Position numbers and translations under genes: made by a program. A stretch of 64,000 nt of DNA from Paragordius varius (taxonomy: Eukaryota; Animalia; Nematomorpha): NCBI GenBank assembly GCA_964247055.1, contig OZ176056.1, positions 682,001 to 746,000 on the forward strand, written 5' to 3'. The notes below the pieces were generated by a model. It was not told the origin of the DNA. It made no database searches and was given only the letters and a program-made list of their open reading frames with translations. How positions within the stretch are numbered: the first letter of the stretch is position 1; each line of letters opens with the position of its first letter. Below, in pieces: positions 1 through 16,399 of the stretch.

Positions 1-3000
1 AATTAATTTTTATACATTCTCTTAGTAGGACTACATCAAAATATAGAGATATTTTGACAAATTCTTTCATATCCGATTTTTACAACGATACTTTAAAAAA
101 TAATGTATAAAAGTAGTCGCATCAATACTCAAGTTAAACTTTGTCCTTAAAAATCGGATATTGGTCACCGGTTAACAAAACTATTTTTTATACATTATCT
201 TAGTAGGACTACATCAAAATATAGAGATAGTTTCACAAACTCTTTCATATCCGATTTTTACAGCGATACTTTAAAAAATAATGTATAAAAGTAGTCGCAT
301 CAATACTCAAGTTAAACTTTGTCCTTAAAAATCGGATATTGGTCGCCGGTAAAGAAAATTATTTTTTATACATTCTCTTAGTAGGATTACATCAAAATAT
401 AGAGATAGTTTGACAAACTCTTTCATATCCGATTTTTACAGCGATACTTTAAAAAATAAAATATAAAAGTAGTCGCATCAATACTCAAGTTAAACTTTGT
501 CCGTAAAAATCGGATATTGGTCACCGGTTAACAAAACTATTTTTTATACATTCTCTTAGTAAGACTACATCAAAATATAGAGATAGTTTGACAAACTCTT
601 TCATATCCGATTTTTACAGCGATACTTTAAAAATTAAAGTATAAAACTAGTCGCATCAATACTCAAGTTAAACTTTGTCCTTAAAAATCGGATATTGGTC
701 ACAGGTGAACAAAATTATTTTTTATACATTATCTTAGTAGGACTACATCAAAATATAGAGATAGTTTGACAAACTCTTTCATATCCGATTTTTACAGCGA
801 TACTTTAAAAATTAATGTATAAAACTAGTCGCATCAATACTCAAGTTAAACTTTGTCCTTAAAAATCGGATATTGGTCACAGGTGAACAAAATTATTTTT
901 TATACATCATCTTAGTAGGACTACATCAAAATATAGAGATAGTTTGACAAACTCTTTCATATCCGATTTTTACAACGATACTTTAAAAATTATTTTATAA
1001 AACTAGTCGCATCAATACTCAAGTTGCCCTTAAGAATCGGATATTGGCCGCCGGTAAAGAAAATTATTTTTTATACATTCTCTTAGTAGGACTACATCAA
1101 AATATAGAGATAGTTTGACAAACTCTTTCATATCCGATTTTTACAACGATACTTTAAAAATTAATGTATAAAACTAGCCGCATCATTAGTCAAATTAAAT
1201 TGTCCTTAAAAATCGGATATTGGTCACCGGTTAACAAAACTATTTTTTATACATTCTCTTAGTAGGACTAGATCAAAATATAGAGATAGTTTGACAAACT
1301 CTTTCATATCCGATTTTTACAGCGATACTTTAAAAATTAATGTATAAAACTAGTCGCATCAATACTCAAGTTAAACTTTGTCCTTAAAAATCGGATATTG
1401 GTCACAGGTGAACAAAATTATTTTTTATACATTATCTTAGAGGACTACATCAAAATATAGAGATAGTTTGACAAACTCTTTCATATCCGATTTTTACAGC
1501 GATACTTTAAAAATTAATGTATAAAACTAGTCGCATCAATACTCAACTTAAACTTTGACTTTAAAATCGGATATTGGTCACCGGTGAATAAAATTATTTT
1601 TTATACATTTTCTTAGTAGGACTACATCAAAATATAGAGATAGTTTGACAAACTCTTTCGTATCCGATTTTTACAGCGATACTTTAAAAATTAATGTATA
1701 AAACTAGTCGCATCAATACTCAAGTTAAACTTTGTCCTTAAAAATCGGATATTGATCACAGGTGAACAAAATTATTTTTTATACATTATCTTAGTAGGAC
1801 TACATCAAAATATAGAGATAGTTTGACAAACTCTTTCATATCCGATTTTTACAGCGATACTTTAAAAATTAATGTATAAAACTAGTCGCATCAATACTCA
1901 AGTTAAACTTTGACTTAAAAATCGGATATTGATCACCGGTGAACAAAATTATTTTTTATACATTCTCTTAGTAGGACTACATCAAAATATAGAGATATTT
2001 TGAACTCTTTCATATCCGATTTTTACAACGAGACTTTAAAAATTAATTTATAAAACTAGTCGCATCAATACTCAAGTTAAACTTTGTACTTAAGAATCGG
2101 ATATTGATCGCCGGTAAAGAAAATTATTTTTTATACATTCTCTTAGTAGGACTACATCAAAATATAGAGATAGTTTGACAAACTCTTTCGTATCCGATTT
2201 TTACAACGATACTTTAAAAATTAATGTATAAAACTAGCCGCATCATTAGTCAAATTAAATTGTCCTTAAAAATCGGATATTGGTCACAGGTGAACAAAAT
2301 TATTTTTTATACATTATCTTAGTAGGACTACATCAAAATATAGAGATAGTTTGACAAACTCTTTCATATCCGATTTTTACAGCGATACTTTAAAAAATAA
2401 AATATAAAAGTAGTCGCATCAATACTCAAGTTAAACTTTGTCCGTAAAAATCGGATATTGGTCACCGGTTAACAAAACTATTTTTTATACATTCTCTTAG
2501 TAAGACTACATCAAAATATAGAGATAGTTTGACAAACTCTTTCATATCCGATTTTTACAGCGATACTTTAAAAATTAATGTATAAAACTAGTCGCATCAA
2601 TACTCAAGTTAAACTTTGTCCTTAAAAATCGGATATTGATCACAGGTGAACAAAATTATTTTTTATACATTATCTTAGTAGTCTACATCAAAATATAGAG
2701 ATAGTTTGACAAACTCTTTCATATCCGATTTTTACAGCGATACTTTAAAAATTAATTTATAAAACTAGTCGCATCAATACTCAAGTTAAACTTTGCCCTT
2801 AAGAATCGGATATTGGCCGCCGGTAAAGAAAATTATTTTTTATACATTCTCTTAGTAGGACTACATCAAAATATAGAGATAGTTTGACAAACTCTTTCAT
2901 ATCCGATTTTTACAACGATACTTTAAAAATTAATGTATAAAACTAGCCGCATCATTAGTCAAATTAAATTGTCCTTAAAAATCGGATATTGGTCACCGGT

Positions 3001-6000
3001 TAACAAAACTATTTTTTATACATTCTCTTAGTAGGACTAGATCAAAATATAGATATAGTTTGACAAACTCTATCATATCCGATTTTTACAGCGATACTTT
3101 AAAAATTAATGTATAAAACTAGTCGCATCAATACTCAAGTTAAACTTTGTCCTTAAAAATCGGATATTGGTCACAGGTGAACAAAATTATTTTTTATACA
3201 TTATCTTAGTAGGACTACATCAAAATATAGAGATAGTTTGACAAACTCTTTCGTATCCGATTTTTACAACGATACTTTAAAAATTAATGTATAAAACTAG
3301 CCGCATCATTAGTCAAATTAAATTGTCCTTATAAATCGGATATTGGTCACCGGTTAACAAAACTATTTTTTATACATTCTCTTAGTAGGACTAGATCAAA
3401 ATATAGAGATAGTTTGACAAACTCTATCATATCCGATTTTTACAGCGATACTTTAAAAATTAATGTATAAAACTAGTCGTATCAATACTCAAGTTAAACT
3501 TTGTCCTTAAAAATCGGATATTGGTCACAGGTGAACAAAATTATTTTTTATACATTATCTTAGTAGGACTACATCAAAATATAGAGATAGTTTGACAAAC
3601 TCTTTCGTATCCGATTTTTACAACGATACTTTAAAAATTAATGTATAAAACTAGCCGCATCATTAGTCAAATTAAATTGTCCTTATAAATCGGATATTGG
3701 TCACCGGTTAACAAAACTATTTTTTATACATTCTCTTAGTAGGACTAGATCAAAATATAGAGATAGTTTGACAAACTCTTTCATATCCGATTTTTACAGC
3801 GATACTTTAAAAATTAATGTATAAAACTAGTCGCATCAATACTCAAGTTAAACTTTGACCAAAAAATCGGATATTGGTCACCGGTGAACAAAATTATTTT
3901 TTATACATTCTCTTACTAGGACTACATCAAAATATAGAGATATTTTGAACTCTTTCATATCCGATTTTTACAACGATACTTTAAAAATTAATTTATAAAA
4001 CTAGTCGCATCAATACTCAAGTTAAACTTTGTACTTAAGAATCGGATATTGGTCGCCGGTAAAGAAAATTATTTTTATACATTCTCTTAGTAGGACTACA
4101 TCAAAATATAGAGATAGTTTGACAAACTCTTTCGTATCCGATTTTTACAACGATACTTTAAAAATTAATGTATAAAACTAGCCGCATCATTAGTCAAATT
4201 AAATTGTCCTTATAAATCTGATATTGGTCACCGGTGAACAAAATTAATTTTTATATATTCTCTTAGTAGGACTACATTAAAATATAGAGATAGTTTGACA
4301 AATTCTTTCATATCCGATTTTTACAGCGATACTTTAAAAATTAATGTATAAAACTAGTCGCATCAATACTCAAGTTAAACTTTGTCCTTAAAAATCGGAT
4401 ATTGGTCACAGGTGAACAAAATTATTTTTTATACATTATCTTAGTAGGACTACATCAAAATATAGAGATAGTTTGACAAACTCTTTCATATCCGATTTTT
4501 ACAGCGATACTTTAAAAAATAAAATATAAAAGTAGTCGCATCAATACTCAAGTTAAACTTTGTCCGTAAAAATCGGATATTGGTCACCGGTTAACAAAAC
4601 TATTTTTTATACATTCTCTTAGTAAGACTACATCAAAATATAGAGATAGTTTGACAAACTCTTTCATATCCGATTTTTACAGCGATACTTTAAAAATTAA
4701 TGTATAAAACTAGTCGCATCAATACTCAAGTTAAACTTTGTCCTTAAAAATCGGATATTGGTCACAGGTGAACAAAATTATTTTTTATACATTATCTTAG
4801 TAGGACTACATCAAAATATAGAGATAGTTTGACAAACTCTTTCATATCCGATTTTTACAACGATACTTTAAAAATTAATTTATAAAAATAGTCGCATCAA
4901 TACTCAAGTTAAACTTTGCCCTTAAGAATCGGATATTGGCCGCCGGTAAAGAAAATTATTTTTTATACATTCTCTTAGTAGGACTACATCAAAATATAGA
5001 GATAGTTTGACAAACTCTTTCATATCCGATTTTTACAACGATACTTTAAAAAATAATGTATAAAACTAGCCGCATCATTAGTCAAATTAAATTGTCCTTA
5101 TAAATCTGATATTGGTCACCGGTGAACAAAATTAATCTTTATACATTCTCTTAATAGGACTACATCATAATATAGAGATATTTTGACAAATTCTTTCATA
5201 TCCGATTTTTACAACGATACTTTAAAAATTAATGTATAAAAGTAGTCGCATCAATACTCAAGTTAAACTTTGTCCTTAAAAATCGGATATTGGTCACCGG
5301 TTAACAAAACTATTTTTTAAACATTCTCTTAGTAGGACTAGATCAAAATATAGAGATAGTTTGACAAACTCTTTCATATCCGATTTTTACAGCGATACTT
5401 TAAAAATTAATGTATAAAACTAGTCGCATGAATACTCAAGTTAAACTTTGTCCTTAAAAATCGGATATTGGTCACAGGTGAACAAAATTATTTTTTCTAC
5501 ATTATCTTAGTAGGACTACATCAAAATATAGAGATAGTTTGACAAACTCTTTCATATCCGATTTTTACAGCGATACTTTAAAAAATAAGGTATAAAAGTA
5601 GTCGCATCAATACTCAAGTTAAACTTTGTCCTTAAATATCGGATATTGGTCGCCGGTAAAGAAAATTATTTTTTATACATTCTCTTAGTAGGACTACATC
5701 AAAGTATAAAGATAGTTTGATAAACTCTTTCATATCCGATTTTTACAACGATAATTTAAAAATTAATGTATAAAACTAGTCGCATCAATACTCAAGTTAA
5801 ACTTTGACTTAAAAATCGGATATTGGTCACCGGTGAACAAAATTATTTTTTATACATTCTCTTAGTAGGACTACATCAAAATATAGAGATAGTTTGACAA
5901 ACTCTTTCATATCCGATTTTTACAACGATACTTTAAAAATTAATGTATAAAACTAGTCGCATCAATACTCAAGTTAAACTTTGTCCTTAAAAATCGGATA

Positions 6001-8030
6001 TTGGTCACAGGTAAACAAAATTATTTTTTATACATTCTCTTAGTAGGACTACATCAAAATATAGAGATAGTTTGACAAACTCTTTCATATCCGATTTTTA
6101 CAACGATACTTTAAAAATTAATAAAACTAGTCGCATCAATAGTCAAGTTAAACTTTGTCCTTAAAAATCAGATATTGGTCACCGGTGAAAAATTATTTTT
6201 TATACATTTTCTTAGTAGGACTACATCAAAATATAGAGATAGTTTGACAAACTATTTCATATCCGATTTTTACAACGATACCTTAAAAATTAATGTATAA
6301 AACTAGTCGCATCAATACTCAATTTAAACTTTGTCCTTAAAAATCGGATATTGGTCGCCGGTAAAGAAAATTATTTAATATACATTCTCTTAGTAAGACT
6401 ACATCAAAATATAGAGATAGTTTGACAAACTCTTTCATAATTTTTACAACGAATTTTTAAAAATTAATAAAACTAGTCGCATCAATAGTCAAGTTAAACT
6501 TTGTCCTTAAAAATCGGATATTGGTCGCCGGTAAAGAAAATTATTTTTTATACATTCTCTTAGTAGGACTACATCAAAATATAGAGATAGTTTGACAAAC
6601 TCTTTCATATCCGATTTTTACAGCGATACTTTAAAAAATAAAATATAAAAGTAGTCGCATCAATACTCAAGTTAAACTTTGTCCGTAAAAATCGGATATT
6701 GGTCACCGGTTAACAAAACTATTTTTTATACATTCTCTTAGTAAGACTACATCAAAATATAGAGATAGTTTGACAAACTCTTTCATATCCGATTTTTACA
6801 GCGATACTTTAAAAATTAAAGTATAAAACTAGTCGCATCAATACTCAAGTTAAACTTTGTCCTTAAAAATCGGATATTGGTCACAGGTGAACAAAATTAT
6901 TTTTTATACATTATCTTAGTAGGACTACATCAAAATATAGAGATAGTTTGACAAACTCTTTCATATCCGATTTTTACAGCGATACTTTAAAAATTAATGT
7001 ATAAAACTAGTCGCATCAATACTCAAGTTAAACTTTGTCCTTAAAAATCGAATATTGGTCACAGGTGAACAAAATTATTTTTTATACATTCTCTTACTAG
7101 GACTACATCAAAATATAGAGATATTTTGAACTCTTTCATATCCGATTTTTACAACGATACTTAAAAAATTAATTTATAAAACTAGTCGCATCAATACTCA
7201 AGTTAAACTTTGTACTTAAGAATCGGATATTGGTCGCCGGTAAAGAAAATTATTTTTTATACATTCTCTTAGTAGGACTACATCAAAATATAGAGATAGT
7301 TTGACAAACTCTTTCGTATCCAATTTTTACAACGATACTTTAAAAATTAATGTATAAAACTAGCCGCATCATTAGTCAAATTAAATTGTCCTTATAAATC
7401 TGATATTGGTCACCGGTGAACAAAATTAATTTTTATACATTCTCTTAGTAGGACTACATTAAAATATAGAGATATTTTGACAAATTCTTTCATATCCGAT
7501 TTTTACAGCGATACTTTAAAAATTAATGTATAAAACTAGTCGCATCAATACTCAAGTTAAACTTTGTCCTTAAAAATCGGATATTGGTCACAGGTGAACA
7601 AAATTATTTTTTATACATTATCTTAGTAGGACTACATCAAAATATAGAGATAGTTTGACAAACTCTTTCATATCCGATTTTTACAGCGATACTTTAAAAA
7701 ATAAAATATAAAAGTAGTCGCATCAATACTCAAGTTAAACTTTGTCCGTAAAAATCGGATATTGGTCACCGGTTAACAAAACTATTTTTTATACATTCTC
7801 TTAGTAAGACTACATCAAAATATAGAGATAGTTTGACAAACTCTTTCATATCCGATTTTTACAGCGATACTTTAAAAATTAATGTATAAAACTAGTCGCA
7901 TCAATACTCAAGTTAAACTTTGTCCTTAAAAATCGGATATTGGTCACAGGTGAACAAAATTATTTTTTATACATTATCTTAGTAGGACTACATCAAAATA
8001 TAGAGATAGTTTGACAAACTCTTTCATATC

Positions 8031-11000
8031 CGATTTTTCAGCGATACTTTAAAAATTAATGTATAAAACTAGTCGCATCAATACTCAAGTAAAACTTTGT
8101 CCTTAAAAATCGGATATTGGTCACAGGTGAACAAAATTATTTTTTATACATTATCTTAGTAGGACTACATCAAAATATAGAGATAGTTTGACAAACTCTT
8201 TCATATCCGATTTTTACAGCGATACTTTAAAAATTAATGTATAAAACTAGTCGCATCAATACTCAAGTTAAACTTTAAGTTTAAAATCGGATATTGGTCA
8301 CCGGTGAACAAAATTATTTTTTATACATTCTCTTAGAAGGACTACATCAAAATATAGAGATATTTTGACAAATTCTTTCATATCCGATTTTTAAAACGAT
8401 ACTTAAAAAATTAATGTATTAAACTAGTCGCATCAATACTCAATTTAAACTTTGTCCTTAAAAATCGGATATTGGTCGCCGGTAAAGAAAATTATTTTTT
8501 ATACATTCTCTTAGTAGGACTACATCAATATATAGAGATAGTTTGACAAACTCTTTCATATCCGATTTTTACAACGATACTTTAAAAATTAATGTATAAA
8601 ACTAGCCGCATCATTAGTCAAATTAAATTGTCCTTATAAATATGATATTGGTCACCGGTGAACAAAATTAATTTTTATACATTCTCTTAGTAGGATTACA
8701 TCATAATATAGAGATATTTTGACAAATTCTTTCATATCCGATTTTTGCAACGATACTTTAAAAAATAATGTATCAAAGTAGTCGCATCAATACTCAAGTT
8801 AAACTTTGTCCTTAAAAATCGGATATTGGTCACCGGTTAACAAAACTATTTTTTATACATTCTCTTAGTAGGACTAGATCAAAATATAGAGATAGTTTGA
8901 CAAACTCTTTCATATCCGATTTTTACAGCGATACTTTAAAAATTAATGTATAAAACTAGTCGCATCAATACTCAAGTTAAACTTTGTCCTTAAAAATCGG
9001 ATATTGGTCACAGGTGAACAAAATTATTTTTTATACATTATCTTAGTAGGACTACATCAAAATATAGAGATAGTTTGACAAACTCTTTCATATCCGATTT
9101 TTACAGCGATACTTTAAAAATTAATGTATAAAACTAGTCGCATCAATACTCAAGTTAAACTTTAACTTTAAAATCGGATATTGGTCACCGGTGAACAAAA
9201 TTATTTTTTATACATTCTCTTAGTAGGACTACATCAAAATATAGTGATATTTTGACAAATTCTTTCATATCCGATTTTTAAAACGATACTTAAAAAATTA
9301 ATGTATTAAACTAGTCACATCAATACTCAATTTAAACTTTGTCCTTAAAAATCGGATATTGGTCGCCGGTAAAGAAAATTATTTTTTATACATTCTCTTA
9401 GTAGGACTACATCAATATATAGAGATAGTTTGACAAACTCTTTTATATCCGATTTTTACAGCGATACTTTAAAAATGAATGTATAAAACTAGTCGCATCA
9501 ATACTCAAGTTAAACTTTGTCCTTAAAAATCGGATATTGGTCACAAGTGAACAAAATTATTTTTTATACATTATCTTTGTAGGACTACATCAAAATATAG
9601 AGATAGTTTGACAAACTCTTTCATATCCGATTTTTACAACGATACTTTAAAAATTAATTTATAAAACTAGTCGCATCAATACTCAAGTTAAACTTTGACT
9701 TAAAAATCGGATATTGGTCACCGGTGAACAAAATTATTTTTTATACATTCTCTTAGTAGGACTACATCAAAATATAGAGATATTTTGAACTCTTTCATAT
9801 CCGATTTTTACAACGATACTTTAAAAATTAATTTATAAAACTAGTCGCATCAATACTCAAGTTAAACTTTGTACTTAAGAATCGGATATTGGTCGCCTGT
9901 AAAGAAAATTATTTTTTATACATTCTCTTAGTAGGACTACATCAAAATATAGAGATAGTTTGACAAACTCTTTCATATCCGATTTTTGCAACGATACTTT
10001 AAAAAATAATGTATCAAAGTAGTCGCATCAATACTCAAGTTAAACTTTGTCCTTAAAAATCGGATATTGGTCACCGGTTAACAAAACTATTTTTTATACA
10101 TTCTCTTAGTAGGACTAGATCAAAATATAGAGATAGTTTGACAAACTCTTTCATATCCGATTTTTACAGCGATACTTTAAAAATTAATGTATAAAACTAG
10201 TCGCATCAATACTCAAGTTAAACTTTGTCCTTAAAAATCGGATATTGGTCACAGGTGAACAAAATTATTTTTTATACATTATCTTAGTAGGACTACATCA
10301 AAATATAGAGATAGTTTGACAAACTCTTTCATATCCGATTTTTACAGCGATACTTTAAAAATGAATGTATAAAACTAGTCGCATCAATACTCAAGTTAAA
10401 CTTTGTCCTTAAAAATCGGATATTGGTCACAAGTGAACAAAATTATTTTTTATACATTATCTTTGTAGGACTACATCAAAATATAGAGATAGTTTGACAA
10501 ACTCTTTCATATCCGATTTTTACAACGATACTTTAAAAATTAATTTATAAAACTAGTCGCATCAATACTCAAGTTAAACTTTGACTTAAAAATCGGATAT
10601 TGGTCACCGGTGAACAAAATTATTTTTTATACATTCTCTTAGTAGGACTACATCAAAATATAGAGATATTTTGAACTCTTTCATATCCGATTTTTACAAC
10701 GATACTTTAAAAATTAATTTATAAAACTAGTCGCATCAATACTCAAGTTAAACTTTGTACTTAAGAATCGGATATTGGTCGCCTGTAAAGAAAATTATTT
10801 TTTATACATTCTCTTAGTAGGACTACATCAAAATATAGAGATAGTTTGACAAACTCTTTCGTATCCGATTTTTACAACGATACTTTAAAAATTAATGTAT
10901 AAAACTAGCCGCATCATTAGTCAAATTAAATTGTCCTTATAAATCTGATATTGGTCACCGGTGAACAAAATTAATTTTTATACATTCTCTTAGTAGGACT

Positions 11001-13263
11001 ACATCAAAATATAGAGATAGTTTGACAAACTCTTTCATATCCGATTTTTACAGCGATACTTTAAAAATTAATGTATAAAACTAGTCGCATCAATACTCAA
11101 GTTAAACTTTAACTTTAAAATCGGATATTGGTCACCGGTGAACAAAATTATTTTTTATACATTATCTTAGTAGGACTACATTAAAATATAGAGATATTTT
11201 GACAAATTCTTTCATATCCGATTTTTACAGCGATACTTTAAAAATTAATGTATAAAACTAGTCGCAATACTCAAGTTAAACTTTGTCCTTAAAAATCGGA
11301 TATTGGTCACAGGTGAACAAAATTATTTTTTATACATTATCTTAGTAGGACTACATCAAAATATAGAGATAGTTTGACAAACTCTTTCATATCCGATTTT
11401 TCAGCGATACTTTAAAAATTAATGTATAAAACTAGTCGCATCAATACTCAAGTAAAACTTTGTCCTTAAAAATCGGATATTGGTCACAGGTGAACAAAAT
11501 TATTTTTTATACATTATCTTAGTAGGACTACATCAAAATATAGAGATAGTTTGACAAACTCTTTCATATCCGATTTTTACAGCGATACTTTAAAAATTAA
11601 TGTATAAAACTAGTCGCATCAATACTCAAGTTAAACTTTAACTTTAAAATCGGATATTGGTCACCGGTGAACAAAATTATTTTTTATACATTCTCTTAGA
11701 AGGACTACATCAAAATATAGAGATATTTTGACAAATTCTTTCATATCCGATTTTTAAAACGATACTTAAAAAATTAATGTATTAAACTAGTCGCATCAAT
11801 ACTCAATTTAAACTTTGTCCTTAAAAATCGGATATTGGTCGCCGGTAAAGAAAATTATTTTTTATACATTCTCTTAGTAGGACTACATCAATATATAGAG
11901 ATAGTTTGACAAACTCTTTCATATCCGATTTTTACAACGATACTTTAAAAATTAATGTATAAAACTAGCCGCATCATTAGTCAAATTAAATTGTCCTTAT
12001 AAATATGATATTGGTCACCGGTGAACAAAATTAATTTTTATACATTCTCTTAGTAGGATTACATCATAATATAGAGATATTTTGACAAATTCTTTCATAT
12101 CCGATTTTTGCAACGATACTTTAAAAAATAATGTATCAAAGTAGTCGCATCAATACTCAAGTTAAACTTTGTCCTTAAAAATCGGATATTGGTCACCGGT
12201 TAACAAAACTATTTTTTATACATTCTCTTAGTAGGACTAGATCAAAATATAGAGATAGTTTGACAAACTCTTTCATATCCGATTTTTACAGCGATACTTT
12301 AAAAATTAATGTATAAAACTAGTCGCATCAATACTCAAGTTAAACTTTGTCCTTAAAAATCGGATATTGGTCACAGGTGAACAAAATTATTTTTTATACA
12401 TTATCTTAGTAGGACTACATCAAAATATAGAGATAGTTTGACAAACTCTTTCATATCCGATTTTTACAGCGATACTTTAAAAATTAATGTATAAAACTAG
12501 TCGCATCAATACTCAAGTTAAAGTTTAACTTTAAAATCGGATATTGGTCACCGGTGAACAAAATTATTTTTTATACATTCTCTTAGTAGGACTACATCAA
12601 AATATAGTGATATTTTGACAAATTCTTTCATATCCGATTTTTAAAACGATACTTAAAAAATTAATGTATTAAACTAGTCACATCAATACTCAATTTAAAC
12701 TTTGTCCTTAAAAATCGGATATTGGTCGCCGGTAAAGAAAATTATTTTTTATACATTCTCTTAGTAGGACTACATCAATATATAGAGATAGTTTGACAAA
12801 CTCTTTTATATCCGATTTTTACAGCGATACTTTAAAAATGAATGTATAAAACTAGTCGCATCAATACTCAAGTTAAACTTTGTCCTTAAAAATCGGATAT
12901 TGGTCACAAGTGAACAAAATTATTTTTTATACATTATCTTTGTAGGACTACATCAAAATATAGAGATAGTTTGACAAACTCTTTCATATCCGATTTTTAC
13001 AACGATACTTTAAAAATTAATTTATAAAACTAGTCGCATCAATACTCAAGTTAAACTTTGACTTAAAAATCGGATATTGGTCACCGGTGAACAAAATTAT
13101 TTTTTATACATTCTCTTAGTAGGACTACATCAAAATATAGAGATATTTTGAACTCTTTCATATCCGATTTTTACAACGATACTTTAAAAATTAATTTATA
13201 AAACTAGTCGCATCAATACTCAAGTTAAACTTTGTACTTAAGAATCGGATATTGGTCGCCTGT
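8031..13263. repeat. 19-monomer (3363-bp) higher-order duplication within the satellite, containing a 5-monomer (886-bp) duplication
   Basis: Private variants recur at exactly +3363: cgatttttcagcg 8031/11394, tcttagaagg 8331/11694, aaaaatgaat 9475/12838. The aaaaatgaat variant also recurs at +886 (10361). Confidence 0.85.
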
Positions 13264-16200
13264 AAAGAAAATTATTTTTTATACATTCTCTTAGTAGGAC
13301 TACATCAAAATATAGAGATAGTTTGACAAACTCTTTCGTATCCGATTTTTACAACGATACTTTAAAAATTAATGTATAAAACTAGCCGCATCATTAGTCA
13401 AATTAAATTGTCCTTATAAATCTGATATTGGTCACCGGTGAACAAAATTAATTTTTATACATTCTCTTAGTAGGACTACATCAAAATATAGAGATAGTTT
13501 GACAAACTCTTTCATATCCGATTTTTACAGCGATACTTTAAAAATTAATGTATAAAACTAGTCGCATCAATACTCAAGTTAAACTTTAACTTTAAAATCG
13601 GATATTGGTCACCGGTGAACAAAATTATTTTTTATACATTATCTTAGTAGGACTACATTAAAATATAGAGATATTTTGACAAATTCTTTCATATCCGATT
13701 TTTACAGCGATACTTTAAAAATTAATGTATAAAACTAGTCGCAATACTCAAGTTAAACTTTGTCCTTAAAAATCGGATATTGGTCACAGGTGAACAAAAT
13801 TATTTTTTATACATTATCTTAGTAGGACTACATCAAAATATAGAGATATGACAAACTCTTTCATATCCGATTTTTACAGCGATACTTTAAAAAATAAAAT
13901 ATAAAAGTAGTCGCATCAATACTCAAGTTAAACTTTGTCCGTAAAAATCGGATATTGGTCACCGGTGAACAAAATTATTTTTTATACATTATCTTAGTAG
14001 GACTACATTAAAATATAGAGATATTTTGACAAATTCTTTCATATCCGATTTTTACAGCGATACTTTAAAAATTAATGTATAAAACTAGTCGCATCAATAC
14101 TCAAGTTAAACTTTGTCCTTAAAAATCGGATATTGGTCACAGGTGAACAAAATTATTTTTTATACATTATCTTAGTAGGACTACATCAAAATATAGAGAT
14201 AGTTTGACAAACTCTTTCATATCCGATTTTTACAGCGATACTTTAAAAATTAATGTATAAAACTAGTCGCATCAATACTCAAGTAAAACTTTGTCCTTAA
14301 AAATCGGATATTGGTCACAGGTGAACAAAATTATTTTTTATACATTATCTTAGTAGGACTACATCAAAATATAGAGATAGTTTGACAAACTCTTTCATAT
14401 CCGATTTTTACAGCGATACTTTAAAAATTAATGTATAAAACTAGTCGCATCAATACTCAAGTTAAACTTTAACTTTAAAATCGGATATTGGTCACAGGTG
14501 AACAAAATTATTTTTAATACATTCTCTTAGTAGGACTACATCAAAATATAGAGATATTTTGACAAATTCTTTCATATCCGATTTTTACAGCGATACTTTA
14601 AAAAATAAAATATAAAAGTAGTCGCATCAATACTCAAGTTAAACTTTGTCCGTAAAAATCGGATATTGGACACCGGTTAACAAAACTATTTTTTATACAT
14701 TCTCTTAGTAAGACTACATCAAAATATAGAGATAGTTTGACAAACTCTTTCATATCCGATTTTTACAGCGATACTTTAAAAATTAATGTATAAAACTAGT
14801 CGCATCAATACTCAAGTTAAACTTTAACTTTAAAATCGGATATTGGTCACAGGTGAACAAAATTATTTTTTATACATTCTCTTAGTAGGACTACATCAAA
14901 ATATAGAGATATTTTGACAAATTCTTTCATATCCGATTTTTAAAACGATACTTAAAAAATTAATGTATTAAACTAGTCGCATCAATACTCAATTTAAACT
15001 TTTTCCTTAAAAATCGGATATTGGTCGCCGGTAAAGAAAATTATTTTTTATACATTCTCTTAGTAGGACTATACAAAATATAGAGATAGTTTGACAAACT
15101 CTTTCATATCCGATTTTTACAACGATACTTTAAAAATTAATGTATAAAACTAGCCGCATCATTAGTCAAATTAAATTGTCCTTATAAATATGATATTGGT
15201 CACCGGTGAACAAAATTAATTTTTTTACATTCTCTTAGTAGGACTAGATCAAAATATAGAGATAGTTTGACAAACTCTTTCATATCCGATTTTTCAGCGA
15301 TACTTTAAAAATTAATGTATAAAACTAGTCGCATCAATACTCAAGTAAAACTTTGTCCTTATAAATCGGATATTGGTCACAGGTGAACAAAATTATTTTT
15401 TATACATTATCTTAGTAGGACTACATCAAAATATAGAGATAGTTTGACAAACTCTTTCATATCCGATTTTTACAGCGATACTTTAAAAATTAATGTATAA
15501 AACTAGTCGCATCAATACTCAAGTTAAACTTTAACTTTAAAATCGGATATTGGTCACCGGTGAACAAAATTATTTTTTATACATTCTCTTAGTAGGACTA
15601 CATCAAAATATAGTGATATTTTGACAAATTCTTTCATATCCGATTTTTAAAACGATACTTAAAAAATTAATGTATTAAACTAGTCGCATCAATACTCAAT
15701 TTAAACTTTAACTTCAAAATCGGATATTGGTCACCGGTGAACAAAATTATTTTTTATACATTCTCTTAGGAGGACTACATCAAAATATAGAGATATTTTG
15801 ACAAATTCTTTCATATCCGATTTTTAAAACGATACTTAAAAAATTAATGTATTAAACTAGTCGCATCAATACTCAATTTAAACTTTGTCCTTAAAAATCG
15901 GATATTGGTCGCCGGTAAAGAAAATTATTTTTTATACATTCTCTTAGTAGGACTACATCAATATATAGAGATAGTTTGACAAACTCTTTCATATCCGATT
16001 TTTACAACGATACTTTAAAAATTAATGTATAAAACTAGCCGCATCATTAGTCAAATTAAATTGTCCTTATAAATATGATATTGGTCACCGGTGAACAAAA
16101 TTAATTTTTATACATTCTCTTAGTAGGATTACATCATAATATAGAGATATTTTGACAAATTCTTTCATATCCGATTTTTGCAACGATACTTTAAAAAATA

Positions 16201-16399
16201 ATGTATCAAAGTAGTCGCATCAATACTCAAGTTAAACTTTGTCCTTAAAAATCGGATATTGGTCACCGGTTAACAAAACTATTTTTTTATACATTCTCTT
16301 AGTAGGACTAGATCAAAATATAGAGATAGTTTGACAAACTCTTTCATATCCGATTTTTACAGCGATACTTTAAAAATTAATGTATAAAACTAGTCGCAT

